Assembly (NCBI GenBank): GCA_964416825.1
Contig: CAYQFT010000004.1
Location: 1-50,247, forward strand
Origin: an uncultured Porphyromonadaceae bacterium
GTDB lineage: Bacteria; Bacteroidota; Bacteroidia; Bacteroidales; UBA12481
DNA: 50,247 nt
Direction: 5' to 3'
The notes below the pieces were generated by a model. The model saw only the letters and a program-made list of their open reading frames with translations. It was not told the DNA's origin and did no database searches. Within the stretch, counting starts at the first letter, position 1, and the number at the start of each line of letters is the position of its first letter. Position numbers and translations under genes: made by a program. Below are positions 7,919 through 17,328 of this stretch, piece after piece.

Positions 7919-9487
7919 ATGAAACTCCCCCGCCTCCTAAAAACCCTCTTGATCCTCGCCGCGATCCTGCTGCTGGTCAACGTTTTAGCCACCGTGCTGG
8001 CTGGGCCATGGGCCGGGAAAAAAATCATCAACCTGCTGAATGAGAAGAGCCTGGCTTATACGTTTGAGCTGCGAAACACCCGGGTATACCTGATACCAAC
8101 CCGGATCACCCTTACCGGAATCAGCATGAAGCCCAGGGTGGAAACCACAGGCATCCGCTATCTGAATGGGGAAATCGGATCGGTAAAAATCATGCGGATC
8201 AACCTGTGGAAAGCCCTGTTCAAAAAAGAGATCGATATCCGGGAATTGAGCATTTCGCGCAGCAGGATTTCCGGAAAGATCCCTGAATCCAAAGGAGCTA
8301 AAAAACCACTGATCCTGCCGTTTGACCTCCGGATCGGAACGCTTGTTTTAGATCACCTCGATTTGTCAGTGGAAAGCGCTGCCTCAAAGCAGGCTTTTTC
8401 AGTTAAGGATGGCACTCTGAAAACCTTTGATATTCAGGCAGCCAAACTGGATACCGTTACCGCTGCACTCATAGAGAAATTCGAATTCGGGGCGGATGAA
8501 ATCCTAACCATTTCATCCGACAGCCTCTACACAAATTCGGTAAAAGAGATTGACTATTCATCAGCAACCGGAACTCTAACGGTGGGCCTGTTATCCGTTC
8601 AGCCCAATTACACAGATGCTGCTTTCGCCGCGAGACATCCCTATCAGTCGGACCGGTTCGATGCAGATTGCAGAAACATTACCCTGCGTGATTTTGACGC
8701 ACCGGTGTTTCTCGCCTCGCGTAATCTTTCAAGTACCTGTATCGAAATTGAAAAACTTGAACTGGACGTTTTCCGCGACAAGCGAAAGCCCTTCAACAAC
8801 AAGGTTAAACCGGTGTTTCAGGATATGATCCGCAATTATAAAGGACTGCTAAACATCGATTCGATCCTGCTCACCAAAGGAAACATTACCTACAGGGAAC
8901 ATGCGGAAGAAGCCAACGATCAGGGATCAATACGTTTTACCGAGTTGCATGCCGGGATTTATAAAATTACCAACGATCCGGCTCAAAAATCGGAAAAACC
9001 CGTGCTTCAACTCAAGGGCGAAGCCCGGCTGATGGGCAAAGGTAAAATGACTATCCTGCTGAAAGCGGGATTATTCGACCCATCCCGTACCTTCCATTTA
9101 AGCGGAAGCCTGGCCGGCATGGATGCTGATGCATTAAACCCGATGCTTGAAAACAGTGCTTTTATCCATGTGAATTCAGGTTCCATTGATGCCATGAAAT
9201 TTACTTTTTCAGCAAACAACACGATTTCCACAGGTCAGATGACCCTCCTGTACCACGGCCTGGATGTTGCCATGATCAATAAGAAGACCGATGAAACCAA
9301 GGCATTTAAAGAGAGGCTCATATCTTACATTGCAAACAGGAAATTACTGGATTCGAACCCGTTACCTGATCAGGAAGTGAGAGTGGGGAACATAAGTTTC
9401 GAAAGGGATCCTGAGAGGTTTCTTTTTAACTATGCCTTCAAGTCGATCCTTTCGGGAATGAAAGCCAGCCTGGTCAAAGGGGGATAG
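7919..9487 (+). CDS. Membrane-anchored AsmA/DUF748-like hypothetical protein
   Basis: N-terminal TM helix, beta-strand-rich body, C-terminal ERDPERFLFNYAFKSILSG typical of Bacteroidota DUF748-like proteins. Confidence 0.7.
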   Translation: MKLPRLLKTLLILAAILLLVNVLATVLAGPWAGKKIINLLNEKSLAYTFELRNTRVYLIPTRITLTGISMKPRVETTGIRYLNGEIGSVKIMRINLWKALFKKEIDIRELSISRSRISGKIPESKGAKKPLILPFDLRIGTLVLDHLDLSVESAASKQAFSVKDGTLKTFDIQAAKLDTVTAALIEKFEFGADEILTISSDSLYTNSVKEIDYSSATGTLTVGLLSVQPNYTDAAFAARHPYQSDRFDADCRNITLRDFDAPVFLASRNLSSTCIEIEKLELDVFRDKRKPFNNKVKPVFQDMIRNYKGLLNIDSILLTKGNITYREHAEEANDQGSIRFTELHAGIYKITNDPAQKSEKPVLQLKGEARLMGKGKMTILLKAGLFDPSRTFHLSGSLAGMDADALNPMLENSAFIHVNSGSIDAMKFTFSANNTISTGQMTLLYHGLDVAMINKKTDETKAFKERLISYIANRKLLDSNPLPDQEVRVGNISFERDPERFLFNYAFKSILSGMKASLVKGG

Positions 9488-9513
9488 AAACGTAAACAAC
9501 TAAAACCGAAATA

Positions 9514-9717
9514 ATGGACGGCAAATTAAGAAGCAATGTCAAAATCGGATCACGGGTTCAGATCGTCCTGAAGGCAGATCAGCGATCCGGAAAACTCACC
9601 GAAGGCATCGTTAAGGATATCCTGACCAACTCTCCCTCCCATCCGCATGGAATCAAGGTGCGGCTTACGAATGGACAGATTGGAAGGGTACAGGAGGTGG
9701 CTGGTAATGAAGGATGA
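9514..9717 (+). CDS. YwbE family protein (DUF2196)
   Basis: IVLKADQRSGKLTEGIVKDILTNSPSHPHGIKVRL..GQIGRV signature. Confidence 0.9.
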   Translation: MDGKLRSNVKIGSRVQIVLKADQRSGKLTEGIVKDILTNSPSHPHGIKVRLTNGQIGRVQEVAGNEG

Positions 9718-9719
9718 AA

Positions 9720-9870
9720 CTGAGCGAATAGATTCGAGCGCAGAGTGTTGAGTTTTGAAAATTAGATCCAGTGCCGATTCCTTTTACAGAAGGACGATGG
9801 ACGACCAATCCCGGACCCTGAATCTGTAATTTCAGCACTCGAAACTCTGCGCTCGAATCTCTTCGCTCAG
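9720..9870. mobile_element. 151-bp MITE-like element with ~50-bp imperfect terminal inverted repeats
   Basis: Left arm ctgagcgaatagattcgagcgcagagtgttgag..agatcc (9720-9769). Reverse complement of the right arm is ctgagcgaagagattcgagcgcagagtttcgag..agattc (9820-9870). Fills the gap between two convergent stop codons. Mobility is inferred, not shown. Confidence 0.6.
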
Positions 9871-9872
9871 CC

Positions 9873-11636
9873 TCAATGGATTGCCCTTGCTACCGGGTAA
9901 CGCCCCACCCACTTGTTGGCCAGTCCGCACTGGGTATAGACAAAATACATCTGGGCAGTGCGGTTTTTTGCCATCTCCGGATGCGCTGCAATGGCATCGT
10001 CAAGCTTCTTGCGGGCCTCGGGGTTCTCGGTCAGGTACTTGTAAATGCGGTCTTCGAGCACCGGATGCGGTGAGAACCATTCCCGGTCCTCCAGGCAGGG
10101 GTCGAAGAAGTTCCACCTGAAATAGGAATCGGCGGCTTCGGGCTCCAGCATGTTCACGATGAAATAGTTGGTCTCCTGATTGACCCTGATCAAGTAATCT
10201 CCTGCATAGTAGGGAATCGTCTGAATCTCCTTCCGGGTCGAGAAGTTGTCATGATAATGATGCCCGTTGCTGGATTGGGTAGCCCATACCAAGTTCTCAA
10301 TGTAATAGACCTCAACCTGAAGAAGAGTGTCCTTTGGAAGGCGCTCCATGATGACCCCGTTGATTTTCAGGCGCTCAACCACTTCGCTCCAGGCCTGCGG
10401 AAGAATATAATGATCAGGTGCTGTAACGGTTTTGGCAGGCTTGAAATGATCAAAGAAGGGAACCTGGACAGTAAAAGGCTTGGAATAATCATAGATCGGA
10501 CGATCTTCGCCGGTAAGGGGACTCTTATCGAACCCCCTTTCAAACCCCTTGAACTCAATCATCCGGAACTTTGTGGAATCGGTTTTATACGTCAGCGCAA
10601 ACACTTTCTGTGACTTTACCTGCTCTTTCGATTCAGCCCGCACTTCGCTGATCCGGGTACCATTCTCCTCGGTGAACTCTATCAGGTGATACATGAAAAG
10701 ATAAATCGATTTAACCCGGTCCACATAAGGCTTATAGCAGTGGTTTTCGATCATCTGGGTAAATGTGTGGAAAAGAAGGGTATAGCCTGTTGAATAGCGC
10801 GGTGATTGAAAATAGTTCTCGATCCCCTTCTCCGGAGAGTCATTGGTATATTCGGCATACGGAATCATCTCATAGGGCGTGGCCCGCATTTTCTCATAGA
10901 GCGCAGGAATCATGGTTTCGGAGAAATAGTCACCCACCTTTTCAGGCATGCTGTTATGCTGGGCCGGAAGATAGGTGATCACATACTGATGGTCGGATCC
11001 GTTGGTGGTGTGGGTATCGAGGAAAACATCGGGATCCCACTGGCGGAACAGCCTGGCAAAGGACCGGGCATTCTCCGTATCCATCTTGACAAAATCGCGG
11101 TTAAGATCGAGATTCCTGGCATTGCCCCGGTACCCGGGATTCAGCGGCTCCGGCTGGTTGGTGCGGTGCCAGCGATTCTGGTAAAGCAGCCCGCCAACGC
11201 TGTACACCGGTATGATACAGACCACCGTATTCTCAAGCAGCTTGCGCATTCCATTGTGATTCCGCAGAATATCATCGGCAATCATCATGCCTGCCTCAAT
11301 TCCTTCAGGCTCGCCGGAATGTATGCCGTTGTTGATCATGACGATTCGTTTTCCCGATTTTCGGATCTGGATGGGATCAAACTGCCGGTCAGAGCTGATC
11401 ACAAACAGGTGCAGGGGCTTGCCGCAATCCGTAAGTCCGCCTTCCAGCAGCTGAGCCTCCGGCCAGGCGCTGTCGAGCTTCTGGTAATTCGCGATCACCT
11501 CCGGATAGGGGGTGCTGAGTTGCTGATCGTATTTCAGATGAACAAGCGACTCCCTTTCAGGGATATTCTGACTTGAATTCTCACAACCCATTATTAATAA
11601 AATGGTTGCAATCAGTATGAGCGGCGATCTGAACAT
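9873..11636 (-). CDS. M14 family zinc carboxypeptidase, probable lipoprotein
   Basis: NGIHSGEPEG (HxxE), NLDLNRD, FLDTHT; signal peptide ending IMGC. Confidence 0.88.
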   Translation of the reverse strand: MFRSPLILIATILLIMGCENSSQNIPERESLVHLKYDQQLSTPYPEVIANYQKLDSAWPEAQLLEGGLTDCGKPLHLFVISSDRQFDPIQIRKSGKRIVMINNGIHSGEPEGIEAGMMIADDILRNHNGMRKLLENTVVCIIPVYSVGGLLYQNRWHRTNQPEPLNPGYRGNARNLDLNRDFVKMDTENARSFARLFRQWDPDVFLDTHTTNGSDHQYVITYLPAQHNSMPEKVGDYFSETMIPALYEKMRATPYEMIPYAEYTNDSPEKGIENYFQSPRYSTGYTLLFHTFTQMIENHCYKPYVDRVKSIYLFMYHLIEFTEENGTRISEVRAESKEQVKSQKVFALTYKTDSTKFRMIEFKGFERGFDKSPLTGEDRPIYDYSKPFTVQVPFFDHFKPAKTVTAPDHYILPQAWSEVVERLKINGVIMERLPKDTLLQVEVYYIENLVWATQSSNGHHYHDNFSTRKEIQTIPYYAGDYLIRVNQETNYFIVNMLEPEAADSYFRWNFFDPCLEDREWFSPHPVLEDRIYKYLTENPEARKKLDDAIAAHPEMAKNRTAQMYFVYTQCGLANKWVGRYPVARAIH

Positions 11637-11756
11637 AATCTGTGCTTTATAGTTAATCAGGCCTTACACATCTTTGATTCATCGAGCAGGCCTTCCGATT
11701 TAGCAAGGATGATGGAGATTGCGGACCCGATTTTTCATAGATAGGGATTGAAAAGC

Positions 11757-11764
11757 CAAATATA
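11757..11764 (-). promoter_or_regulatory. Putative Bacteroidota sigma-A -7 box (TAnnTTTG)
   Basis: TATATTTG on the minus strand, about 120 bp upstream of the M14 start. Confidence 0.45.
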
Positions 11765-11800
11765 TAGTAAGGCCCTATTTAATCTATGACATTGGAAAGA

Positions 11801-13315
11801 TTATTTGCGGCCCCGGTTCGGTGTCCTGCCAATTGGGGCAAACTGCTCTATTTTTCCAGTGGCTGCCTTGTATTCTTTCATCTGCCGCGTAGGCTCGATA
11901 ATCGAATAGCCTTTCCAGATCGCATCGGAATAGGCACTTATTTTATCGGGTTTAACTCCCTTTTCCTGAATCTTTTTAAAAGCCTCTGCACTGCTTTTCT
12001 CGCGCATCACCACCAGGGTCTCGTAGCAGGCTTCCTGCCGTCCCTGCAGATTCAGGCGAAAGGATGCCTCATTCAGCTTCTTGTTCAGAACCGGCCGCTT
12101 TTCCTTTCTCATGATCTCAAAGGGGCGGTCGACACCATACCGGGTTGAAGTGTTATGCATGGCGTATTTAAGATAATATCCCGACGGGTCTTTTTCATAA
12201 AGCACCAAACCCTCATCCTTTTCCTCCTGGTAGGTAACTCCCAGCAGGTCTATGTCCTTGCCTTTATTCACCCTCTGTGTGTATTCGATTCTCAGAATCG
12301 CGTAGCTGCCGGCAGATATATAAATCATACCCTGATAATCGCCCCGGGCTTTACCCTTGAAACTGATGGCCCAGGCATCTTCTCCATCAATCCCGATAAT
12401 ACCCTTCTTTTCATATACGTACCGGCTGGTCTTTTTAATAAAATCCCAGTCCCAGGTCAGATCTCCCGGCAGGACATACAAGCCTGGCAGGGCTTTCAGG
12501 TAGGTGCTGTCGGGGGGCTGGTTTACTACCCTGACATTTTTTTCACCAAAGGTTATGGGCCCTGTTCTGTATCGCCAGAAGGTCTGGTCGTCCTTCTGTT
12601 GAACAAACAAATCAAAGATGGTCTTATTGATATTCTCCAACCCGCCTCCGTTGTCCTCCTTGAGCACCACATCCTTTATTCCGATAACCTTTTTCCGTGT
12701 TTTTCCTGAATCGGCCGGAACCGAGTAAAGGGTATACAAATAATCCTCGTACCACCTCGTATATCGGGGTATACTGTCGATCATCTCCCTGACCAGTTTC
12801 TTATCTATTTCCGGGATATCGCTCTTCTTTAAGGAAATATCGAACGACTGGATGTAGGCGGCTTTGTTGGTGCGTTTGAACACCTCCCTTTTCTGGGCCA
12901 TTGCCGGGTAGTTTACCGCTCTTCTTTCCACCGCTTTTTTTATCAGTCCCTCCGCCGACAGTTGTTTGGCAACAATGGTTATGCTTTTCAGGTCGATCCT
13001 CTTTTCTTTCAGGCGGACAGTCATTCCGTCCTTCAATCTGTCACGGGTGATTCCGAAATACTCATACCCCAGGCAATGAAAAGTGATGGAGTCGGATGGA
13101 TTGAGCTTATCGAGGTTCAGCGAGAATTCTCCGTTCTGGTTGCTGACAGTTCCGTAGGTTGTGCCGGCCACGGCAATGCTTACATACGGAAGGGTTTCAC
13201 GGGTTGCAGCATCTATGACCAGTCCGCGGACCTGCTGCTGAGCCGGTAGGTTCCCGAAGAAACCCGGCAGCAGAAACCCAAAAATCAGGATAGGTAAAAG
13301 TCTCGGAATTCTCAC
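11801..13315 (-). CDS. Carboxypeptidase-like regulatory domain (CarboxypepD_reg) containing secreted protein
   Basis: GTG start, signal peptide, then VRGLVIDAATRETLPYVSI..GTVSNQNGEFSL..LGYE. Confidence 0.85.
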   Translation of the reverse strand: MRIPRLLPILIFGFLLPGFFGNLPAQQQVRGLVIDAATRETLPYVSIAVAGTTYGTVSNQNGEFSLNLDKLNPSDSITFHCLGYEYFGITRDRLKDGMTVRLKEKRIDLKSITIVAKQLSAEGLIKKAVERRAVNYPAMAQKREVFKRTNKAAYIQSFDISLKKSDIPEIDKKLVREMIDSIPRYTRWYEDYLYTLYSVPADSGKTRKKVIGIKDVVLKEDNGGGLENINKTIFDLFVQQKDDQTFWRYRTGPITFGEKNVRVVNQPPDSTYLKALPGLYVLPGDLTWDWDFIKKTSRYVYEKKGIIGIDGEDAWAISFKGKARGDYQGMIYISAGSYAILRIEYTQRVNKGKDIDLLGVTYQEEKDEGLVLYEKDPSGYYLKYAMHNTSTRYGVDRPFEIMRKEKRPVLNKKLNEASFRLNLQGRQEACYETLVVMREKSSAEAFKKIQEKGVKPDKISAYSDAIWKGYSIIEPTRQMKEYKAATGKIEQFAPIGRTPNRGRK

Positions 13316-13455
13316 GATACAATTTTAGGTGATTTAATTTTCATTTTTGGGCACGAGGGGGGAGCGACAAAAAAGGCGAAAGAAAAAAGGCGAAAGGCGA
13401 AAGAAAGAATTAAGATGGTAAGATTTTAAGATAAGGTATGTCTAATGTACCCTTA

Positions 13456-13497
13456 CCAGCAACCAGTAACCAGCAACCAGCAACCAGCAACTGGCTA
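13456..13497. repeat. CCAGCAA heptamer array overlapping the dehydrogenase stop codon
   Basis: ccagcaa ccagtaa ccagcaa ccagcaa ccagcaa ctggcta. Confidence 0.85.
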
Positions 13498-14550
13498 CAT
13501 CTCGATCATCGCCTTCATCACCGTGCCCCCTCCGGCAACCGGTAACCGGCAACCGGCAACCTTCTCAAACGCCTCCTGCGTTTGGCTGAAGGGGAACCGG
13601 TGGGTAGGCATGCGGCTTACATCAACCTTTGATTCCTGAAGCAGCTCCAGTGTCTCCTCAAGCGAATGGTTCTGCCGCCTGACGTTCTGAATGCTGATCT
13701 CCTTGTGGCGGAGCTTGTCCACGGGAAAGGACCAGCGGTCGAATTCGGGAATTCCGATAATCATCAGCTTACCGCCCGGCTTAAGCATGTCAATAGCCTG
13801 ATCTGTTGCATCTTGCTGGCCGCAGCATTCGAATACCAGATCGAGCAGCGCCTCCTCCCGCTCCTTCACGGCAGCCACCACATCCTCTTTCAGGGGGTTG
13901 CCGGTCCAGGCTGCGCCGCATGCCTCAGCGATCGCCAGCCGCCCGTCAATCTTGTCGGTGACGTAGATCTTTCCGGCACCTTTTTGCAGGGCAGGCAGCA
14001 AAACGCTCATTCCGATGGGGCCAAAGCCCAGTATTCCGATCTTTTTTCCGGCCAGATCCATCTGTGCCAACCGGGTTGCATATACTCCGATGGCGAGCGG
14101 CTCCGAGATCGCGGCTTCGTCATAGCTCATCGAATCGGGGATCTGAAAACAGCTGGTTTCGGGCATCACAATGTATTCCGATAAACACCCCTCTGCCTGA
14201 CCGGGAGTTCCGAGAAATTTCAGCTTTCGGCAGGTATGCGGCCTTCCGGCCAGGCACTGGTCGCAGGCAAGGCAGGGCATCGCCGGATCGATGGCAATGC
14301 GATCGCCCGGCTTCACGCGGGTGACACTTCCGCCCACTGCAACAACCTCTCCCGCCCCCTCATGCCCGACTGCAAAAGGATAGCTCACCACCTGGCTGCC
14401 GATCCTGCCGGTTGTGTAGTAGTGGATATCACTGCCGCAAACACCCACCACCTTCATCCGGATCAGAACATCGGTATCCTTTGTGATCGCCGGCACCGGC
14501 CGTTCAACCAACTCCATCCGGCGGATGCCGGTAAGTACTGCTGTTTTCAT
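13495..14550 (-). CDS. Zn-dependent medium-chain alcohol dehydrogenase (sorbitol/L-iditol dehydrogenase-like)
   Basis: GVCGSD, GHEGAG, CLACDQC..C structural Zn site, GFGPIG. Start reassigned to ATG 14550 (MKTAVL) because the longer ORF simply reads through repeats. Confidence 0.9.
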   Translation of the reverse strand: MKTAVLTGIRRMELVERPVPAITKDTDVLIRMKVVGVCGSDIHYYTTGRIGSQVVSYPFAVGHEGAGEVVAVGGSVTRVKPGDRIAIDPAMPCLACDQCLAGRPHTCRKLKFLGTPGQAEGCLSEYIVMPETSCFQIPDSMSYDEAAISEPLAIGVYATRLAQMDLAGKKIGILGFGPIGMSVLLPALQKGAGKIYVTDKIDGRLAIAEACGAAWTGNPLKEDVVAAVKEREEALLDLVFECCGQQDATDQAIDMLKPGGKLMIIGIPEFDRWSFPVDKLRHKEISIQNVRRQNHSLEETLELLQESKVDVSRMPTHRFPFSQTQEAFEKVAGCRLPVAGGGTVMKAMIEM

Positions 14551-14623
14551 AAGGCTGCGCAAAATATCAGAAAAGGATAAAAGTAGGTGATTCCGGTGGA
14601 TGGATAAAGAGCTCCGGCGAATC

Positions 14624-14769
14624 GTCATGTTCGGGAAAGTAGAGACGCATATATGCGTCTCTACAATCGCGGGAATGACAATGCTCCGAGGCAGGGGATC
14701 CTGACTTTCGTCAGGATGACAGTTCTGGCGAAATAACTGGCAACCGGTAACCGGTAACCGGCAACCATC
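14624..14769. repeat. Composite repeat cluster (GTAG-REP, GGATCCTGAC-TTTC-GTCAGGATGAC palindrome, heptamers)
   Basis: REP 14639-14664; atcctgactttcgtcaggatgac 14698-14720; aactggc aaccggt aaccggt aaccggc aaccatc 14735-14769. Confidence 0.85.
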
Positions 14770-14832
14770 CAAATGTGTGAATCATGCAAGTTATTGATAG
14801 AATGATGTAATGATCCGGCGATCCGGGGTCCC

Positions 14833-14840
14833 TAATTTTG
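14833..14840 (+). promoter_or_regulatory. Putative -7 box for the mla operon
   Basis: TAATTTTG matches TAnnTTTG, 22 bp before ATG 14863. Confidence 0.55.
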
Positions 14841-14862
14841 AGCAAATGTTAATTGCTCTATA

Positions 14863-15729
14863 ATGGCAAGCAAAGGGACTGTTAAAATTAAAAATAGTAT
14901 TCCTGTAATAAAGGTCAGGGAGTTTGCGGAAGGAAAATCCGTTCTGCTCGTTGATACGGCACTTGCCACCACAAGTAAGGCCGGTATTTTCTTTAAGGAT
15001 GTTGCTGATGTAACCCTTTTCGTGATGGGCATTATCAGGGAGATCTTTTCGCCAAAATTTGAGTACAGGGAATTCTTTCATCAGTGTTTTAAAATCGGAT
15101 ATAAGACGGTTCCGCTCATTTCGATCACCGGAGCCATCATGGGACTGGTTCTGACCATTCAGACCCGGCCTACGCTGGATGACTTCGGAGCGGTGGCGCT
15201 GCTGCCGGGAATGGTAACCGTATCCCTGATCCGCGAAATAGGCCCGGTTATCACGGCTCTTATCTGTGCCGGTAAAATCGGTTCGGGTATGGGCGCTGAG
15301 CTGGGATCGATGCGGGTGACCGAGCAGATTGATGCCATGGAGGTTTCAAGCACCAATCCCATGAAATTCCTGGTTTCCACCCGTGTTCTGGCTGCCACTC
15401 TGATGGTGCCACTGCTGGTCCTGTATGCGGATGCCCTGGGCATTTTCGGAAGCTGGGCAGGCGCGAATATTAAAGGAGACGTAACCTTCAGCCTCTTTTT
15501 TGCACAGGCTTTTAACTACATCGGGTTTATCGATCTGCTGCCTGCCATCATAAAAACATTCTTTTTCGGAGCCGTAATCGGGATTGTGGGTTGCTATAAA
15601 GGCTACAATGCCGGGCGGGGAACCGAGAGCGTGGGGGTTGCTGCCAATTCAGCGGTTGTGGTCGGATCACTCCTTGTGATCATCATCGATATGATCGCCG
15701 TACAATTTACCGATATGCTGGTCGTATGA
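14863..15729 (+). CDS. mlaE: MlaE family ABC transporter permease
   Basis: REIGPVITAL, GAELGSMRVTEQIDAMEV, CYKGY..GTESVG. Confidence 0.93.
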   Translation: MASKGTVKIKNSIPVIKVREFAEGKSVLLVDTALATTSKAGIFFKDVADVTLFVMGIIREIFSPKFEYREFFHQCFKIGYKTVPLISITGAIMGLVLTIQTRPTLDDFGAVALLPGMVTVSLIREIGPVITALICAGKIGSGMGAELGSMRVTEQIDAMEVSSTNPMKFLVSTRVLAATLMVPLLVLYADALGIFGSWAGANIKGDVTFSLFFAQAFNYIGFIDLLPAIIKTFFFGAVIGIVGCYKGYNAGRGTESVGVAANSAVVVGSLLVIIIDMIAVQFTDMLVV

Positions 15730-16460
15730 AAACGGAAACCGTCATCGAAATCGACAATCTGAAGAAATCCTTCGGAACACAGGTGATTCTGAAAGATATT
15801 TCACTGAAGCTTTATAAAAGCGAAAACCTTGTGGTACTGGCTAAATCGGGCAACGGAAAATCAGTATTGATAAAATGCATTGTCGGGTTGCTTAAACCCG
15901 ATGGAGGTATCATCCGTGTTTTCGGAAAAGATGTGTCCACCCTCGACAGAAAGGGAATGGGGGAATTGCGGAAAAAAATCGGATTCCTGTTTCAGAGCGG
16001 CGCCCTGTATGATTCCATGACGGTAAAGCAGAACCTGGAATTTCCCTTGCGAAGAATAAAAAGAGATTTAACAGAAGCCCAGATCCGGGAAAAAGTAGAG
16101 GAGGTACTTGTGAATGTTGGCCTGCCGGATACCCTGGATAAAATGCCTTCACAGCTTTCAGGCGGCATGCGGAAGAGAATCAGCCTGGCTCGCACCATTA
16201 TTGTCGATCCGCTGATCATGCTCTATGACGAGCCCACCACCGGACTCGATCCAGTCACATCTGATGAGATTATCGACCTGATCAATGTGGTTCAGGAAAA
16301 ATATAAGACCTCTTCAATCATTATTACGCATGATATCCGTTGCGCGAAAAACACAGCAAACCGGATTGCTATGCTTTCGGAGGGAATGGTACACCAGGAG
16401 GGGACGGTTGATGACTTTGTGAAGTCGGATGACCCCCTGATTAAATCTTTCTTTTTATAG
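15726..16460 (+). CDS. mlaF: MlaF family ABC transporter ATP-binding protein
   Basis: Walker A variant AKSGNGKS, FQSGALYDS, LSGGMRKR, YDEPTTGLDP, ITHD; 4-bp overlap with mlaE. Confidence 0.92.
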   Translation: MKTETVIEIDNLKKSFGTQVILKDISLKLYKSENLVVLAKSGNGKSVLIKCIVGLLKPDGGIIRVFGKDVSTLDRKGMGELRKKIGFLFQSGALYDSMTVKQNLEFPLRRIKRDLTEAQIREKVEEVLVNVGLPDTLDKMPSQLSGGMRKRISLARTIIVDPLIMLYDEPTTGLDPVTSDEIIDLINVVQEKYKTSSIIITHDIRCAKNTANRIAMLSEGMVHQEGTVDDFVKSDDPLIKSFFL

Positions 16461-16486
16461 GATCGGAAACTTGAAAATTCAAAGAA

Positions 16487-17197
16487 ATGGAAACACATAC
16501 ACAAAAATTTAAGGTGCGGCTGGGGCTCTTTGTCGCAGGAGGAATCGCCCTTTTTACCATTGCAATCTTTATTATCGGAAAACAGAAAAACATGTTCAAT
16601 CCTGTTTTTAAGCTGACATCTACTTTCTACAATGTCAGTGGTTTGCAGGTTGGAAATAACATCCGGTTTTCGGGCATTAACGTGGGCACCGTTGACAACA
16701 TTAAGATTATCAATGATTCTACCGTACGGGTAGACCTGATGGTAAGAAAAGAGATCAAACAGTTTATCAAGTCCGATAGTGAAGTCACGATTGGCTCCGA
16801 GGGGCTGATCGGCGACAAACTCATCAAGATTACCCAGGGCAGCGATGGGGCTCCTATGGTAAAAGAAGGACAGGAGCTTATATCGATGGAACCGGTTGAA
16901 ACCGATGATATCATGGCAAGCCTTGAGGTGACGGCAGCTAATGTGGAAGTCATTACGCTCCAGCTTGCAGAAATCATGATAAAGGTGAACAGCGGGGAAG
17001 GAACTCTGGGCCGGCTGATCCAGGACACAACCATCGCTGAAAACCTGGATAAAACGATTTTGAATCTCCGGCGCAGCTCAAAAGGGTTAAATGAAAATAT
17101 GGAAGCCGCCAAGGACAATATCCTGCTGAAGGGTTATTTCAACAAAAAGTCCAGAGCGGCTGAGAAAGCTAAAAGAGATACTTTAAAAAATGAATAA
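16487..17197 (+). CDS. mlaD: MlaD/MCE family protein
   Basis: N-terminal TM helix; VSGLQVGNNIRFSGINVGTV; GLIGDK. Confidence 0.92.
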   Translation: METHTQKFKVRLGLFVAGGIALFTIAIFIIGKQKNMFNPVFKLTSTFYNVSGLQVGNNIRFSGINVGTVDNIKIINDSTVRVDLMVRKEIKQFIKSDSEVTIGSEGLIGDKLIKITQGSDGAPMVKEGQELISMEPVETDDIMASLEVTAANVEVITLQLAEIMIKVNSGEGTLGRLIQDTTIAENLDKTILNLRRSSKGLNENMEAAKDNILLKGYFNKKSRAAEKAKRDTLKNE

Positions 17198-17309
17198 TCT
17201 ATTCAGAGGTCTGTTTGCAGGCATCGGAGCCTGGAAATTAGGCGGTGGCTGTTTGGGCACCATCGTAGTGTTTATCCTGCTTTGGGTATTGCTCGGGCAA
17301 TGCCAATAG
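17190..17309 (+). CDS. Small hydrophobic protein (39 aa), absent from the ORF track
   Basis: MNNLFRGLFAGIGAWKLGGGCLGTIVVFILLWVLLGQCQ*. The ATG overlaps the mlaD 3' end by 8 bp; it has a TM-like C-terminal half. Confidence 0.7.
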   Translation: MNNLFRGLFAGIGAWKLGGGCLGTIVVFILLWVLLGQCQ

Positions 17310-17328
17310 CAACGATTTCAATGCCCTT

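Noticed and set aside
11640-11740. Possible small ORF or gene remnant upstream of the M14 peptidase
   Set aside because: Only very short frames with no recognisable motif; cannot be supported.
13366-13410. A-rich AAAGGCG repeats
   Set aside because: Short and irregular; may belong to the same tandem-repeat phenomenon but too degenerate to define.
14551-14772. 74-aa N-terminal extension of the alcohol dehydrogenase
   Set aside because: It mostly reads through intergenic repeats; family similarity begins at MKTAVL (14550).
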